From IMG/VR virus record IMGVR_UViG_3300020045_001604, positions 1-64,000 of that record: a DNA stretch of 64,000 bases. One strand, given 5' to 3'. A model generated the notes under the pieces. The model was not told the origin of the DNA and did no database searches. It saw only the letters and a program-made list of their open reading frames with translations. This stretch comes from a virus. Taxonomy: Duplodnaviria; Caudoviricetes. Made by a program: the position numbers and the translations under genes. Position 1 is the first letter of the stretch, and every line of letters begins with the position of its first letter. Shown here in pieces: positions 1 through 9,829 of the stretch.

Positions 1-217
1 CTGTCCATTTGATCAAATCAGATGTAGAAGGGATTTCAGCAGACATTTGACGTAAGAAAGACGGAATAGAGCGATCTCCATAACGTGCAAATTCTTGCTC
101 GTAAGTGTCTGGTAAGTATTGACTTAAAAAGTCAAAATTTGTCAAGTAGTTGCTTTGCAATACTGACTTTGTTGAACTTGGAGTCAAATTGAATGACCCA
201 CCGATTGTACCTGCCAT
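1..217 (-). CDS. Major capsid protein, copy 1 (N-terminal 72 aa; runs off window start; not in ORF track)
   Basis: ATG at 217 translates to MAGTIGGSFNLTPSSTKSVLQSNYLTNFDFLSQYLPDTYEQEFARYGDRSIPSFLRQMSAEIPSTSDLIKWT. Hand alignment gives about 46/74 identities to the N-terminus of ORF 61834..63234. It lies directly downstream of scaffold and portal. Confidence 0.85.
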   Translation of the reverse strand, partial: MAGTIGGSFNLTPSSTKSVLQSNYLTNFDFLSQYLPDTYEQEFARYGDRSIPSFLRQMSAEIPSTSDLIKWT

Positions 218-238
218 TTTTGTTTAGGTGTTTGGTTA

Positions 239-1330
239 TTATTGCTTTTTACTTTTTATCTTGTATGAAGCCTCGTTACCTGCGTCTACTGATCTGACAG
301 TTATTCCATCCTTTCGAACTCCTTCTGGTTGAGACTTAACTCTTCCCATGTCGATGTTCTTGGAATCCTTTGAGATGTCTGCTACTCCAGCGGCTTTGCC
401 TTGGTTATAAGCAAACTCAAAAAACTTGTCAATGTCAGCAGCTGCTGCTAATGTTTTGTGATACTTCTCAGCGTCTTTGATTAAGCCATTTTCATCCACG
501 AATTGATTTAAGAAATTCTCAACGTTGGACTGTTTTTCTCTTAATGTCTTACCATCTGCTGGTTTAAACGTAACTTTTTCTTCGCCTAATGTAAAATTGA
601 AACCTTCAAAATTGTCAGACAATACTTCGTTCGTTTTTTCAGCAAAATAAGCAGAACGCTTTTGAACGTCACTAGCACTTGCTTGGCTCGATTCTTTATA
701 CTTCTTATAAGCCTCGTAGCTTTCTTTGTCTTCCTTAGAAACAAAATCCCCATTTGACACAAGTGGAGCTTTATACTGTTCCTTTAGAGACTCAAAATGC
801 TTTGTTGCTTTGTTAAGCTCTTGTTTTAGTTCGAGTTGTTTTTCGATTACTTCGTCCTCATCATCGATTTCCTCATCATAATTGAATTTCTTCATTTTGA
901 ATTCAATTTCTTTGTCAGATAAGGTTGGGTCTGATTCCTTGTAAAATTCTCTGATTAATTTCTTTGGGTCAACTGCTGTAAAGTCACGTTGTAACTTTTG
1001 GTAGTCATCCCATCCACGTCCTGTTTCATCTTTGTATTTTAAGAATGCTGCCACATCCTCTGGTACTTCTACTTTTGGTTGGCTCAACAGTTCGTTAAAT
1101 TCATCAAGAGATTTAACTTCTCTATTTGTTTTTGTTTTAATAAAAGAAAGAACTTCATCTTCAGTCAATTCTGCCTTAGTCACAACTGGGTCGATCACTG
1201 GATCTGCTGGTGGTACTACTGGTGGAATGTCTGCTTTAATTTCGTCTTCGTGCTTTTGGACCAATTCTTTCTCTACTTCCACAGCAGATCTAGACTCTCC
1301 GTCAGTCACTTTTACTCCTTTGATTTCCAT
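239..1330 (-). CDS. Capsid scaffolding protein, copy 1 (363 aa)
   Basis: Acidic, coiled-coil-rich protein between portal and MCP; homologous to 63248..64000 (shared GF.F.(L/V)G, NF..DENGLI and KNIDM motifs). Confidence 0.75.
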   Translation of the reverse strand: MEIKGVKVTDGESRSAVEVEKELVQKHEDEIKADIPPVVPPADPVIDPVVTKAELTEDEVLSFIKTKTNREVKSLDEFNELLSQPKVEVPEDVAAFLKYKDETGRGWDDYQKLQRDFTAVDPKKLIREFYKESDPTLSDKEIEFKMKKFNYDEEIDDEDEVIEKQLELKQELNKATKHFESLKEQYKAPLVSNGDFVSKEDKESYEAYKKYKESSQASASDVQKRSAYFAEKTNEVLSDNFEGFNFTLGEEKVTFKPADGKTLREKQSNVENFLNQFVDENGLIKDAEKYHKTLAAAADIDKFFEFAYNQGKAAGVADISKDSKNIDMGRVKSQPEGVRKDGITVRSVDAGNEASYKIKSKKQ

Positions 1331-1352
1331 TTATATTTGATTTAAATTGTTA

Positions 1353-1360
1353 CAAATTTA
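1353..1360 (-). promoter_or_regulatory. Bacteroidota-type -7 promoter box for scaffold/MCP copy 1
   Basis: TAAATTTG on the minus strand (consensus TAnnTTTG), about 22 nt upstream of the ATG at 1330. Confidence 0.55.
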
Positions 1361-1394
1361 ACAAAAAGTTTAATACGAGTGTTTTTTGTTAAAA

Positions 1395-3830
1395 TTACTT
1401 AGGTCCAAATGCTGAGAAGTCGAATGCATCAAAATTGTCATTTGTGCTTTCAAAGCTCTTTGCTGGAAGATTGTTTTGTCGTTGTTCAATCAAATCAGAC
1501 TGACGTGTAGCTTCTAGGTCCACTCGCTTATCCTTTCTATCTTCCTTTTCTTTTTCCTTTTTATTTATGCCCTCAACCTCCATTCCTTTCAGTTGCATGT
1601 TATAGTTAAATTCTTGCTCCATTAATTGACGCTTGTATTCAACCTCGGCACCCATTCGCTGAATATCCAATGCAACTTCATTTTGTTTTACTTGCATTTT
1701 TGCTTCAGCTTCCATTTGGATTTGCTCCTTTTTGGCTGATGTGGCTGCTTGTTGAGATTGTGCGTTAATTTCTGCTTGTTGAGCTGCTTGTTGATCTTCA
1801 CGCGCTCTTGAGTCCTCCATTTTACGTCGTCTCTTGAGCTTCAATACTTCATTAGCAAGCTTAATGTTCTTTACTCCTCTAATATCAATTGCATCCTCAA
1901 GGAAGATTTGATCTCTTTGAAGTGAAATCTGAATGTCTCGCTCTAGGGCATCTTTTTGTTCTTGATCTGGCTCAAGGTCGATAGATATACCAAAATCATG
2001 TAGATATAAATTCTTAATGTCTTCAAGGATTGCGATGTTGTATTTGCCTATTTGCATAGCAAACTGTTCTTTAAAGCTCGCGTATTCAAGTATGTCAGCA
2101 ATCCTCAATGAAAGACATAATGCCAATCTTCGAACTGTCATTAGTCTACCGTCAAGTACATGCTTGGTAGCAGTATTACTGTTCAATGCGGCAAGCTTCT
2201 GAAGCCCTACCAATGAATCCTCATTTGGCATTGACCCATCACGTGCTTCATTAAGTCCAGTCACGTCACGAATCATGTTCAAGTTAAAGTCGTATGAGGC
2301 AATAAGACCTTGTATCTTACTTTGTCCCCCGCTACTATTTAATTCTTGAATTGGTACGCGTCCGTTATTAAATCCACCCTCCTCAGTGTAAGATCTACCA
2401 ACTACCGATCCAGTCTGAAAGTACAACTTTAATGCATCCTCTGGATTATATGCGGCTCCACTTCCTAAATCTACCTCATTAATACCGTCAGCATCAATAA
2501 ATACACCATCTGGAACAATTCTGGCTTTGATTTGTTGTAGCTTCAAGTGATCCAATTGGATGCTATCGGCAAAAGGAATCATTCTCTTAACAAGAGACTC
2601 TATATTTCCTTTATACATTCTTGGAGCAACTGCTACGTAATTAGGTATAGCGTGTTGTGAAGCTGATTTAGGTCTAACCATGTTACGAGATAACTCCCAC
2701 TTCAACATGATATTAGTACCCATAACCATAACACCGTCATACCAAACATCAATAGTCTTTTCTATTTTTTCGAAACGACCTTCATCCATCATCTCTTGTG
2801 GAGGATTGAACGTGTCGTCTTTTTCTATCATTTTAAAACTTCCGTCTTCAAGTATCTTTTTCTTGTATACTATCTTCTTGGTTGTTTTATAGTTTACATA
2901 TAATAAAGTAGCCGTGTCATTACTGAATAAGCTATTATTATAAAATTGAGCTGAGTTGTAATAATCATACCATGACTGACTGTACTTAGAAATTTCTTCT
3001 AAATCTTCGTTGGTAAGTGTAGGATCTATTTTAACAAGCTCTGTAATTGGAACAGTCTTAATTTCTCCCCAATAAAAACAATCTTTAAAGTAAGGATCCT
3101 CTGTGTAGCTATATACTACATTAGCAGGATCTACATACTCTATTCTTACTCCGTCACCAGGAAGGAACATATGCTTAGCCATGCCGATACCAATTGTAGC
3201 GATATCGTAGTCTACTCTCTTTCTAGTTTCGTTATATTTATTTTCGTCAAGTACAGTGTTAATAGCTTCTTCTTCAGCTATCTCAATAGCAGGCTTATAC
3301 TTAAGCTGCATATATAACGAAAGCTCTTCGTCATTCTCAGGTAAGTCATCAGGATTAGTATCAAACGCATTAACACCAAACTGCTCCTTAACTTGAAGCA
3401 ACAGGTCTTTTGAAACCATGTCTGCTTGTATCATATCCTGATACTTAGATCTCTTATCCATAGACATAGCGTCCTGAGCATAAGCCTTAGGCTTGAATAA
3501 TCTATCGTTCATTCCGTTAACAACGATGTCAACGAACTTAGGTATAATAGGTACCGGAGTAAAGTCAAGGTTAGTATGAGACAAGTCACCATCAACGGCT
3601 ATCTGGTCCTTATACTTACCTATAGACTGCTCACCCCTTGCGTATAATCTTAGCTTATGGAAGTTACCCCACTGATCGTAGAATCTTGAGTTATTACCAT
3701 CTTTTCTAAACCACTCGTACTGAATACTTTGTGATATCTGCAATCCATACTCAAAAGTTTCCTTTTCCCTGTCTGAAGCAAACTGGTTTGGAAAAGCAGT
3801 TGCGGGTATATTTATTTTTACGTCTTTCAT
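1395..3830 (-). CDS. Portal protein (811 aa)
   Basis: Size and position between terminase and scaffold; PIIPKFVDIVVNG motif and Gln-rich C-terminal coiled coil typical of the large portals of Bacteroidota podoviruses. Confidence 0.85.
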   Translation of the reverse strand: MKDVKINIPATAFPNQFASDREKETFEYGLQISQSIQYEWFRKDGNNSRFYDQWGNFHKLRLYARGEQSIGKYKDQIAVDGDLSHTNLDFTPVPIIPKFVDIVVNGMNDRLFKPKAYAQDAMSMDKRSKYQDMIQADMVSKDLLLQVKEQFGVNAFDTNPDDLPENDEELSLYMQLKYKPAIEIAEEEAINTVLDENKYNETRKRVDYDIATIGIGMAKHMFLPGDGVRIEYVDPANVVYSYTEDPYFKDCFYWGEIKTVPITELVKIDPTLTNEDLEEISKYSQSWYDYYNSAQFYNNSLFSNDTATLLYVNYKTTKKIVYKKKILEDGSFKMIEKDDTFNPPQEMMDEGRFEKIEKTIDVWYDGVMVMGTNIMLKWELSRNMVRPKSASQHAIPNYVAVAPRMYKGNIESLVKRMIPFADSIQLDHLKLQQIKARIVPDGVFIDADGINEVDLGSGAAYNPEDALKLYFQTGSVVGRSYTEEGGFNNGRVPIQELNSSGGQSKIQGLIASYDFNLNMIRDVTGLNEARDGSMPNEDSLVGLQKLAALNSNTATKHVLDGRLMTVRRLALCLSLRIADILEYASFKEQFAMQIGKYNIAILEDIKNLYLHDFGISIDLEPDQEQKDALERDIQISLQRDQIFLEDAIDIRGVKNIKLANEVLKLKRRRKMEDSRAREDQQAAQQAEINAQSQQAATSAKKEQIQMEAEAKMQVKQNEVALDIQRMGAEVEYKRQLMEQEFNYNMQLKGMEVEGINKKEKEKEDRKDKRVDLEATRQSDLIEQRQNNLPAKSFESTNDNFDAFDFSAFGPK

Positions 3831-6077
3831 TTATCTAATAAGTTCACTTCTAGTTCCTGAGTTATTATACTTTGCAAAATTAACACTTATTTTCGACTCT
3901 TTCTTTGCCGCTAAGTATATGTTCTTCTGATTAGCCATAATAGCTAGTCCTGAACTGATTGCAGCATCAAATTTAGTTCTATTGTTTATATCAAATTTAG
4001 CCCACTCCTCTATAGTTCTAGTGAAATACATGTCGCCCATCTCATCAGAATCTCTATAAGTTCCTTCAGTATCCATTCCAACATACTTTTCTATATAAGA
4101 TTGAATAGCGGCCGCGTGCGATTGTTTCACATCTTCAGACGAGTTAGGTATACCTCCAAGCTCTCTTTCTGTTTTTGATAGATTCGTGAAGTGCTTATCC
4201 GGTCTGTTCATTGAAAACCCTCTGTATCCTCTATTCTTAAAGTGATATAGTAGTCTAGGTTTATTATTCTCCACTAGAATTGGCATACCATAAAATACAC
4301 AAGCCATAAGAACCTCCTCAAAAAATATCTCTGCCGTCTGAGGACGAGCTATATACTCAAGGAAGAAATGGTTACTAGGAGCATTATCCATATTAAACTT
4401 AGTAAGTCCGTGTAGAGATCCATTTGATCCTCCTCCTCCGACAGTTCCGGATATATCGTAAGGGTCACAGCCAAAAGCACCAATGTGCTCATTACCAGGG
4501 TACTTGTTTCCATTCTTATAAACTACTTGGTTCTGCATTGCTGAATTAGGAATCCATGAAACAAGGAATCTACCCCTTGGATCTGGAGTCCAAATAACCT
4601 GAGTGTCCTTCTCTCCGTTCTTCCAGTGAAACGATCCTCTAGTTAGTATTTGATCTCTTATTAGAGAGTCATTATAGTCTATCTGTTGATAGATCTTTGT
4701 TAAGTTAAACAAAGACGCCTTGCTCTCATCTCTAAACGCGTGAGACTCTGTTCTGGAGAACTGTCTATAAAACTCGTTCAATGCATCTGCATCATTCTTT
4801 AAAGACGCAACCTCATTCTCCCAATAATCTATAGCTCCGTTTGTTATTAGTCTACCGTCTATCCCAGTTACTGGAGTTTCTGGCTTTCTAAATACAGGCA
4901 TTCCGTATCTATCAATATAACCCTCGAAGTTCCACTCCATTGGAATGTAAAGAGAGTACATACCTGATTTTGTCTGGCCGTTCTCGTTACGTGTTTTTAT
5001 ATTTGAATCCTCGTATAGCTTCTTAAAGTTAGATCCACCCTTAGCAAGCGCGTTAGGAGTTGAACCCATCATACATTTACCGATAATTCTACTACCTAAA
5101 CGAAGACAAGTCTTTCTAACTCGCCATCCGTTAAGGATATTGTTAGGAGCTTCTAGCTTACCAGACTCGTCCTCAACAAGATATACTAATTTCTCCCCGT
5201 CATAACTGTTATCAGCCGTGTTCTTCCAGTCAATAGACGTATCTAATCCTTCTAGTTCAGCTTCTGAACTGTCGTACATATTCTTCTTTGTAATCTTAGA
5301 TGCAGGAACCCTGAAGGCAAGTTCAGTCTTAGGTTTGTCCATACCATCCATGATCGGTTTAAAGAAGAATGGTAGATTGCTAGATATAGGAACAACCTTA
5401 TTAGTAAACATAGTCTTAGCGTCACCCCCTGTCTTAGACTGGATACCAATCCTAGCGTCTTTCGCTAATGTAGCTATATTTACAGCCTCCGATGAAGCCA
5501 TAAAAGAAAATCCAGAACGTCTAATCTTTAAGTAAACCATACCGAAGCATCTGTCATCTGCGCGACATGCCTCCCAGTAAATAAAGAATATTCTATTAGC
5601 CTCACGAAAGTCAGGAAGTCCGACGTCAATCTTTGTCCATTGACAGTACATGTAGTGAGATCCAGTCATATAAGTCTCCACTCCATTATTCATGAAGAAG
5701 AATCCGTTCTCTCTTCTGTCGAACTCAGTCTCTATATAGTCAACCCACTTAGACTTGAAATCATTAGGCATATCATGCCAATGAAATATAGACTTTATTT
5801 TATCTAACTCCTTAGGATATTCAAATGGTTGCCAGTATTGATTTTCTTTTTTCTTATCTCTAGAGTATACTACATCTGGAGTTTTAGGCAGAGCTATAAG
5901 AAGTCCGTTTATATTATAAACTTCACCTATGGTTCCGTTCTTAGATATAACAATCATGTCATACTTCTCGTCGTATCCGTACTGCCAAGACTTTTTATTA
6001 TTCTTGTTAGCTAGAACAGTTGGAGGAATATGATTCTTTACAACCGAGTATAAATTATTTTGATCGTTTTTCTGCAA
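3831..6077 (-). CDS. terL: Terminase large subunit (748 aa)
   Basis: N-terminal ATPase motifs (LKIRRSGFSF; LVEDESGK) and C-terminal RNase H-like nuclease motif (GCDPYD); adjacent to the portal. Confidence 0.9.
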   Translation of the reverse strand: MQKNDQNNLYSVVKNHIPPTVLANKNNKKSWQYGYDEKYDMIVISKNGTIGEVYNINGLLIALPKTPDVVYSRDKKKENQYWQPFEYPKELDKIKSIFHWHDMPNDFKSKWVDYIETEFDRRENGFFFMNNGVETYMTGSHYMYCQWTKIDVGLPDFREANRIFFIYWEACRADDRCFGMVYLKIRRSGFSFMASSEAVNIATLAKDARIGIQSKTGGDAKTMFTNKVVPISSNLPFFFKPIMDGMDKPKTELAFRVPASKITKKNMYDSSEAELEGLDTSIDWKNTADNSYDGEKLVYLVEDESGKLEAPNNILNGWRVRKTCLRLGSRIIGKCMMGSTPNALAKGGSNFKKLYEDSNIKTRNENGQTKSGMYSLYIPMEWNFEGYIDRYGMPVFRKPETPVTGIDGRLITNGAIDYWENEVASLKNDADALNEFYRQFSRTESHAFRDESKASLFNLTKIYQQIDYNDSLIRDQILTRGSFHWKNGEKDTQVIWTPDPRGRFLVSWIPNSAMQNQVVYKNGNKYPGNEHIGAFGCDPYDISGTVGGGGSNGSLHGLTKFNMDNAPSNHFFLEYIARPQTAEIFFEEVLMACVFYGMPILVENNKPRLLYHFKNRGYRGFSMNRPDKHFTNLSKTERELGGIPNSSEDVKQSHAAAIQSYIEKYVGMDTEGTYRDSDEMGDMYFTRTIEEWAKFDINNRTKFDAAISSGLAIMANQKNIYLAAKKESKISVNFAKYNNSGTRSELIR

Positions 6078-6342
6078 ATCCTTGTATTTTAGGTTCTGGC
6101 TTAGCTACTTCTTTAGGATCCTCATTTAGTTTTTCTCTTTCGGATTCTATTCTGTTTAAAATTTCAAACGCATCGAATATAGCTAATTTCTTTGCTGATG
6201 CTGCATTCTTTAGTTTGTCAGCAGCTAAATCAGTACCGTCGTCGATAGGTTTCAATATCTGATCTGATGCAACTTTAATTAGTTCCATTACAGCCTTTTC
6301 TCCAGCTTCAATTATTTGTAATTTAATTTCTTTTAATTCCAT
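6055..6342 (-). CDS. Possible terminase small subunit (95 aa)
   Basis: Small helical protein immediately upstream of and overlapping terL; positional inference only. Confidence 0.4.
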   Translation of the reverse strand: MELKEIKLQIIEAGEKAVMELIKVASDQILKPIDDGTDLAADKLKNAASAKKLAIFDAFEILNRIESEREKLNEDPKEVAKPEPKIQGFAEKRSK

Positions 6343-6899
6343 TTAAGTGTGATGTTATTAGTAAACATCCTGTATAGTTTTTGATCTTCTATAGTAAAAG
6401 GATATTCACTATTTGGTTCAAATGCAATTTCATCTCCGACATTAAGTCCTAGAGATAGTAGTTCGTTATTTATATAAGCAATAGTTCCTATAAGAGGTTC
6501 TTCCTTACAGTTCTTTTTAATTATTGATTCTTTTGATTCTGTAGGTTTAATAAAACAGTACTTAGAGTGAGCCTTCCATACATCATTATGTTTGTACATA
6601 AAGAATTGTTCTTGGTCAACAAAGAATAAGTCGTCCTTAAAGTAACTGGCACCGCTCTTCTGTCTACCCTTCATATCGTAATAAAACTTAAATACGTTGT
6701 GGTGTACTAGTAGTATATCTCCAGGAGTTATTTCGCCAACATATCCAATTGGAGTCTCAACAACCTCAGCATATCTATTAGAGACCGTATGGTCTTCTTG
6801 AGATACGCTTGTAATTAAATCAAGTCCTCCTATCTCTTTGATATTGTCGTATCGCCTACCATTTAACGGTCTAACGATAAATAGGTTAGGAGACTTCAT
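6333..6899 (-). CDS. Tandem GroES-like fold protein (188 aa)
   Basis: Two halves resemble Cpn10 motifs: FIVRP..EIGGLDLI..AEVVETP..ITPGDILL and CFIKP..GTIAY..LNVGDEIAF..FTIEDQKLYRM. Confidence 0.5.
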   Translation of the reverse strand: MKSPNLFIVRPLNGRRYDNIKEIGGLDLITSVSQEDHTVSNRYAEVVETPIGYVGEITPGDILLVHHNVFKFYYDMKGRQKSGASYFKDDLFFVDQEQFFMYKHNDVWKAHSKYCFIKPTESKESIIKKNCKEEPLIGTIAYINNELLSLGLNVGDEIAFEPNSEYPFTIEDQKLYRMFTNNITLKWN

Positions 6900-7371
6900 T
6901 AGAAGTTGATATTATATTCTATAGATATCGGCATGTTAGAATTAAACTCCTTCCAAAGAAATACTTCGTCTTCCTTCTCTATCCAGATTTTTATTCCTCC
7001 AGTATTCTCATCAACTCGCATTAAGTGAATTGTATAAGACTTATCGAGTATTGGTTGCCCCACAATATAGTGCATTCCATTGCTTTTGTAGTCAGCGCCT
7101 ATGGTTATTTTTCGGATATCAAACATTACTGTACATTTAAGTTTGTAATGTTTCCACTCTCAGTATTTATAGATACATCTGATCCATAAATCTTAATAAG
7201 CTCCTTCTTGAATTCTTCTCTTCCAATATACTTATCATTGATTTGTCTAAGTATATCAGATTTTTTAAATTCAAACTCAGATGTTAGTTCTCCTAGAGTC
7301 TCGTTTGCTTTTTTAAAGAAATGCTCAAAGCCCTGAAGCTTTTTTAATTCTTCGTCTTTTATTTTGTTCAT
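6899..7371 (-). CDS. Two small hypothetical proteins (6899..7126, 75 aa; 7126..7371, 81 aa)
   Basis: Abutting ORFs with start/stop overlap in the packaging operon. Confidence 0.6.
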
Positions 7372-7393
7372 TTTATTTGATTATATTTTTTTA

Positions 7394-7657
7394 TTAGTGT
7401 ACTATCTTAAGTACATCTCCGGTTCTATAAACCTTTCCTACTGCTAAACCAGCTGTTACGGCTGCTGCATTATCTGCATATTCTAATACACCTGTAAATG
7501 ATGGTGTATTCATTATAAGTAAGTTTTGCTGTAAAAAGCTAATAACGTCTGCGAATGTAAAGTTTTTAGTCTCTAAACTATTCTCGGCATCTGTTCCTAC
7601 TAACTTATCTTCTAATGTTATCTCTGTGTCGTCTGGATATTGACTTATTTTGGTCAT
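7394..7657 (-). CDS. Short virion protein sharing the tail-fibre N-terminal domain (87 aa)
   Basis: MTKISQYPDD..DKLVGTD..TKNFT aligns with MTKISTYTLD..DKWIGSD..TKNFT of 11520..14627. Confidence 0.55.
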   Translation of the reverse strand: MTKISQYPDDTEITLEDKLVGTDAENSLETKNFTFADVISFLQQNLLIMNTPSFTGVLEYADNAAAVTAGLAVGKVYRTGDVLKIVH

Positions 7658-7682
7658 AATACTTTTTATTTCAATTCATTGG

Positions 7683-7725
7683 CAAATATACGAATATTTT
7701 TTTTAAGTTAAATTTCATACCTTTG
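7683..7725. promoter_or_regulatory. Divergent Bacteroidota -7 promoter boxes
   Basis: TATATTTG on minus (7683-7690) before ORF 7657 and TACCTTTG on plus (7718-7725) before ORF 7745. Confidence 0.6.
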
Positions 7726-7744
7726 ACGACAAATTTAATTAAAT

Positions 7745-9829
7745 ATGAAAATACTATACCTAGCGCCTCATTTATCTACAGGAGGAATGCCGGCTTTTCT
7801 ATTGAAGACAATAGAAACACTTAAAGACTATGTTGAAATATGCGTTGTAGAATATGCATGTCACAGTCTTGATTATGTTGTACAACGTAATGCTATTATG
7901 GATCTTGTGCCTGTACACACGCTGCATGAAGATAAGATGGAACTCTTTAATGTAATAGACCAATTTAATCCGGATGTCATTCATATACATGAGCCATCAG
8001 AAAGATTTGATAGAGCAATGATTACTAAGTTGTATGACAACGATAGAACGTATCGTATTATAGAAACATGTCACGATGTATCATTTAAACCAGATGAAGA
8101 GAAGATCTTTCATCCAGACTATTATGCATTCTGTACTCCTTATCATGTAGATACATTTGGTAATATGCCATCTATGTATAGTATTGTAGAGTTTCCTATT
8201 GATAATAATTCAATATCAAAGCAAGAGTGTCATGAAGCTAAGATGTATCTTGGTATGGATGTTAATACGAAACACGTTGTTAATGTTGGCCTATGGACTC
8301 CTGGTAAAAATCAAGGTGAGATGTTAGAGTTAGCTAAGCAAATGCCAGACGTAGTATTTCATTTTGTAGGTAATCAAGCTATAAACTTCAAACACTACTG
8401 GGGTCCACTTGTAAAAGATGGGGTTCCGGATAATGTAAAGATATGGGGAGAAAGAGATGACGTCGATATGTTCTTAGATGCTGCGGATGTATTTATGTTT
8501 AATAGTACGTGGGAATGTAACCCACTTGTTGTTAGAGAAGCTATATCAAAAGGCAAGAAGATAATTGCTAGAAACCTTCCTCAGTACAAGAACATGTTTA
8601 CTAGATACATTGTAAATCTAGATATAAGAAAGTTAAAGAATCAGCTATCAGATCTTATTGACGATAAAACTACATACGATATACTTGAAAACAACACAAC
8701 AGCTAATTTTAAAAATAAGCTACTATCACTTTATAAATCAGCCATTAAATTTAATATAATGAAGAACGACGTTAAAGATTATAATATTACGCAGCACTTT
8801 GTTGGACAGCCTTTTTTAGAGATTACAGGTACTAGCGATAGTGATTTTACTGTAGAATTTTATGACGAAGAAGATAATTTATTTTATAGAAATACAATAA
8901 AAGTAAATCACTGGGTCAGACTAAGTAAGGAGTACTTCGTTAAATGGACTACCAAGGTGTACAAAGATGATGAACTAGTCTATACTAATGTATTAGACTA
9001 TACAAATAAGAGAGTTTATATTGCTTTTGATAGTTCTTCATTAGGAGATAATATCGCTTGGATGCCTTATGTAGAAGAGTTCAGAAAGAAACACAACTGC
9101 AAGATGATTGTATCTACATTTAAAAACTTCTTGTTTGAGTCTAAGTACCAAGATATTGAATTTGTTGATCCAGGATCTGTCGTTCCTAATTTATATGGAA
9201 TGTATAAGATTGGTTGGTTCTATGACGTCAATAAAGAACCCGTATTACCAAACACTATACCGTTACAAATGGCAGCTACAAACATCCTGGGTCTTGAGTA
9301 TACAGAGATAAGACCTGAGATTGTAAATAGTAGAACGCATCTTGCATTAAAACACGTTACAATAGCCACTAACAGTACGGCAGGATGTAAGTTCTGGACT
9401 AGAGAAGGCTGGCAAGAAGTAATCAACTATTTACATGGAGAAGGATATTTAGTAATAAATACATCTAAAGAATCTAATCCTTTCGATAATTGTCAACCAT
9501 TAGTTGATACAAGCATGACATCTACGATGACTGCAATATATAATAGCAAGTTCTTTATTGGACTATCTAGTGGATTATCATGGCTGGCTTGGGCATTAGA
9601 AACTCCTGTTGTTATGATATCTAACTTCACAGAGGAAAATCATGAGTTTAGTTGTCATAGGGTAACAAATACTAATGTATGTCATGGATGCTGGAATGAT
9701 CCGAAATTTAAGTTTGATCGTGGAAATTGGACTTGGTGTCCCATCAACGAAGGTACTAAGGATCAATTTATTTGTCATACAAGCATTACATCTGAAATGG
9801 TTATAAATGAAATTAAAAAACTATTATAA
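7745..9829 (+). CDS. Bifunctional glycosyltransferase: GT4-like GT-B domain fused to a TibC/BAHT-like autotransporter heptosyltransferase domain (694 aa)
   Basis: N-part has STGGMP, KNQGE and FNSTWECNPLVVREA (GT4-like E-x7-E). C-part has SSSLGDNIAW, FFIGLSSGLSWLAWA and a Cys cluster CHGCWN..WCP..C like the Fe-binding motif of TibC/AAH. Confidence 0.75.
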   Translation: MKILYLAPHLSTGGMPAFLLKTIETLKDYVEICVVEYACHSLDYVVQRNAIMDLVPVHTLHEDKMELFNVIDQFNPDVIHIHEPSERFDRAMITKLYDNDRTYRIIETCHDVSFKPDEEKIFHPDYYAFCTPYHVDTFGNMPSMYSIVEFPIDNNSISKQECHEAKMYLGMDVNTKHVVNVGLWTPGKNQGEMLELAKQMPDVVFHFVGNQAINFKHYWGPLVKDGVPDNVKIWGERDDVDMFLDAADVFMFNSTWECNPLVVREAISKGKKIIARNLPQYKNMFTRYIVNLDIRKLKNQLSDLIDDKTTYDILENNTTANFKNKLLSLYKSAIKFNIMKNDVKDYNITQHFVGQPFLEITGTSDSDFTVEFYDEEDNLFYRNTIKVNHWVRLSKEYFVKWTTKVYKDDELVYTNVLDYTNKRVYIAFDSSSLGDNIAWMPYVEEFRKKHNCKMIVSTFKNFLFESKYQDIEFVDPGSVVPNLYGMYKIGWFYDVNKEPVLPNTIPLQMAATNILGLEYTEIRPEIVNSRTHLALKHVTIATNSTAGCKFWTREGWQEVINYLHGEGYLVINTSKESNPFDNCQPLVDTSMTSTMTAIYNSKFFIGLSSGLSWLAWALETPVVMISNFTEENHEFSCHRVTNTNVCHGCWNDPKFKFDRGNWTWCPINEGTKDQFICHTSITSEMVINEIKKLL

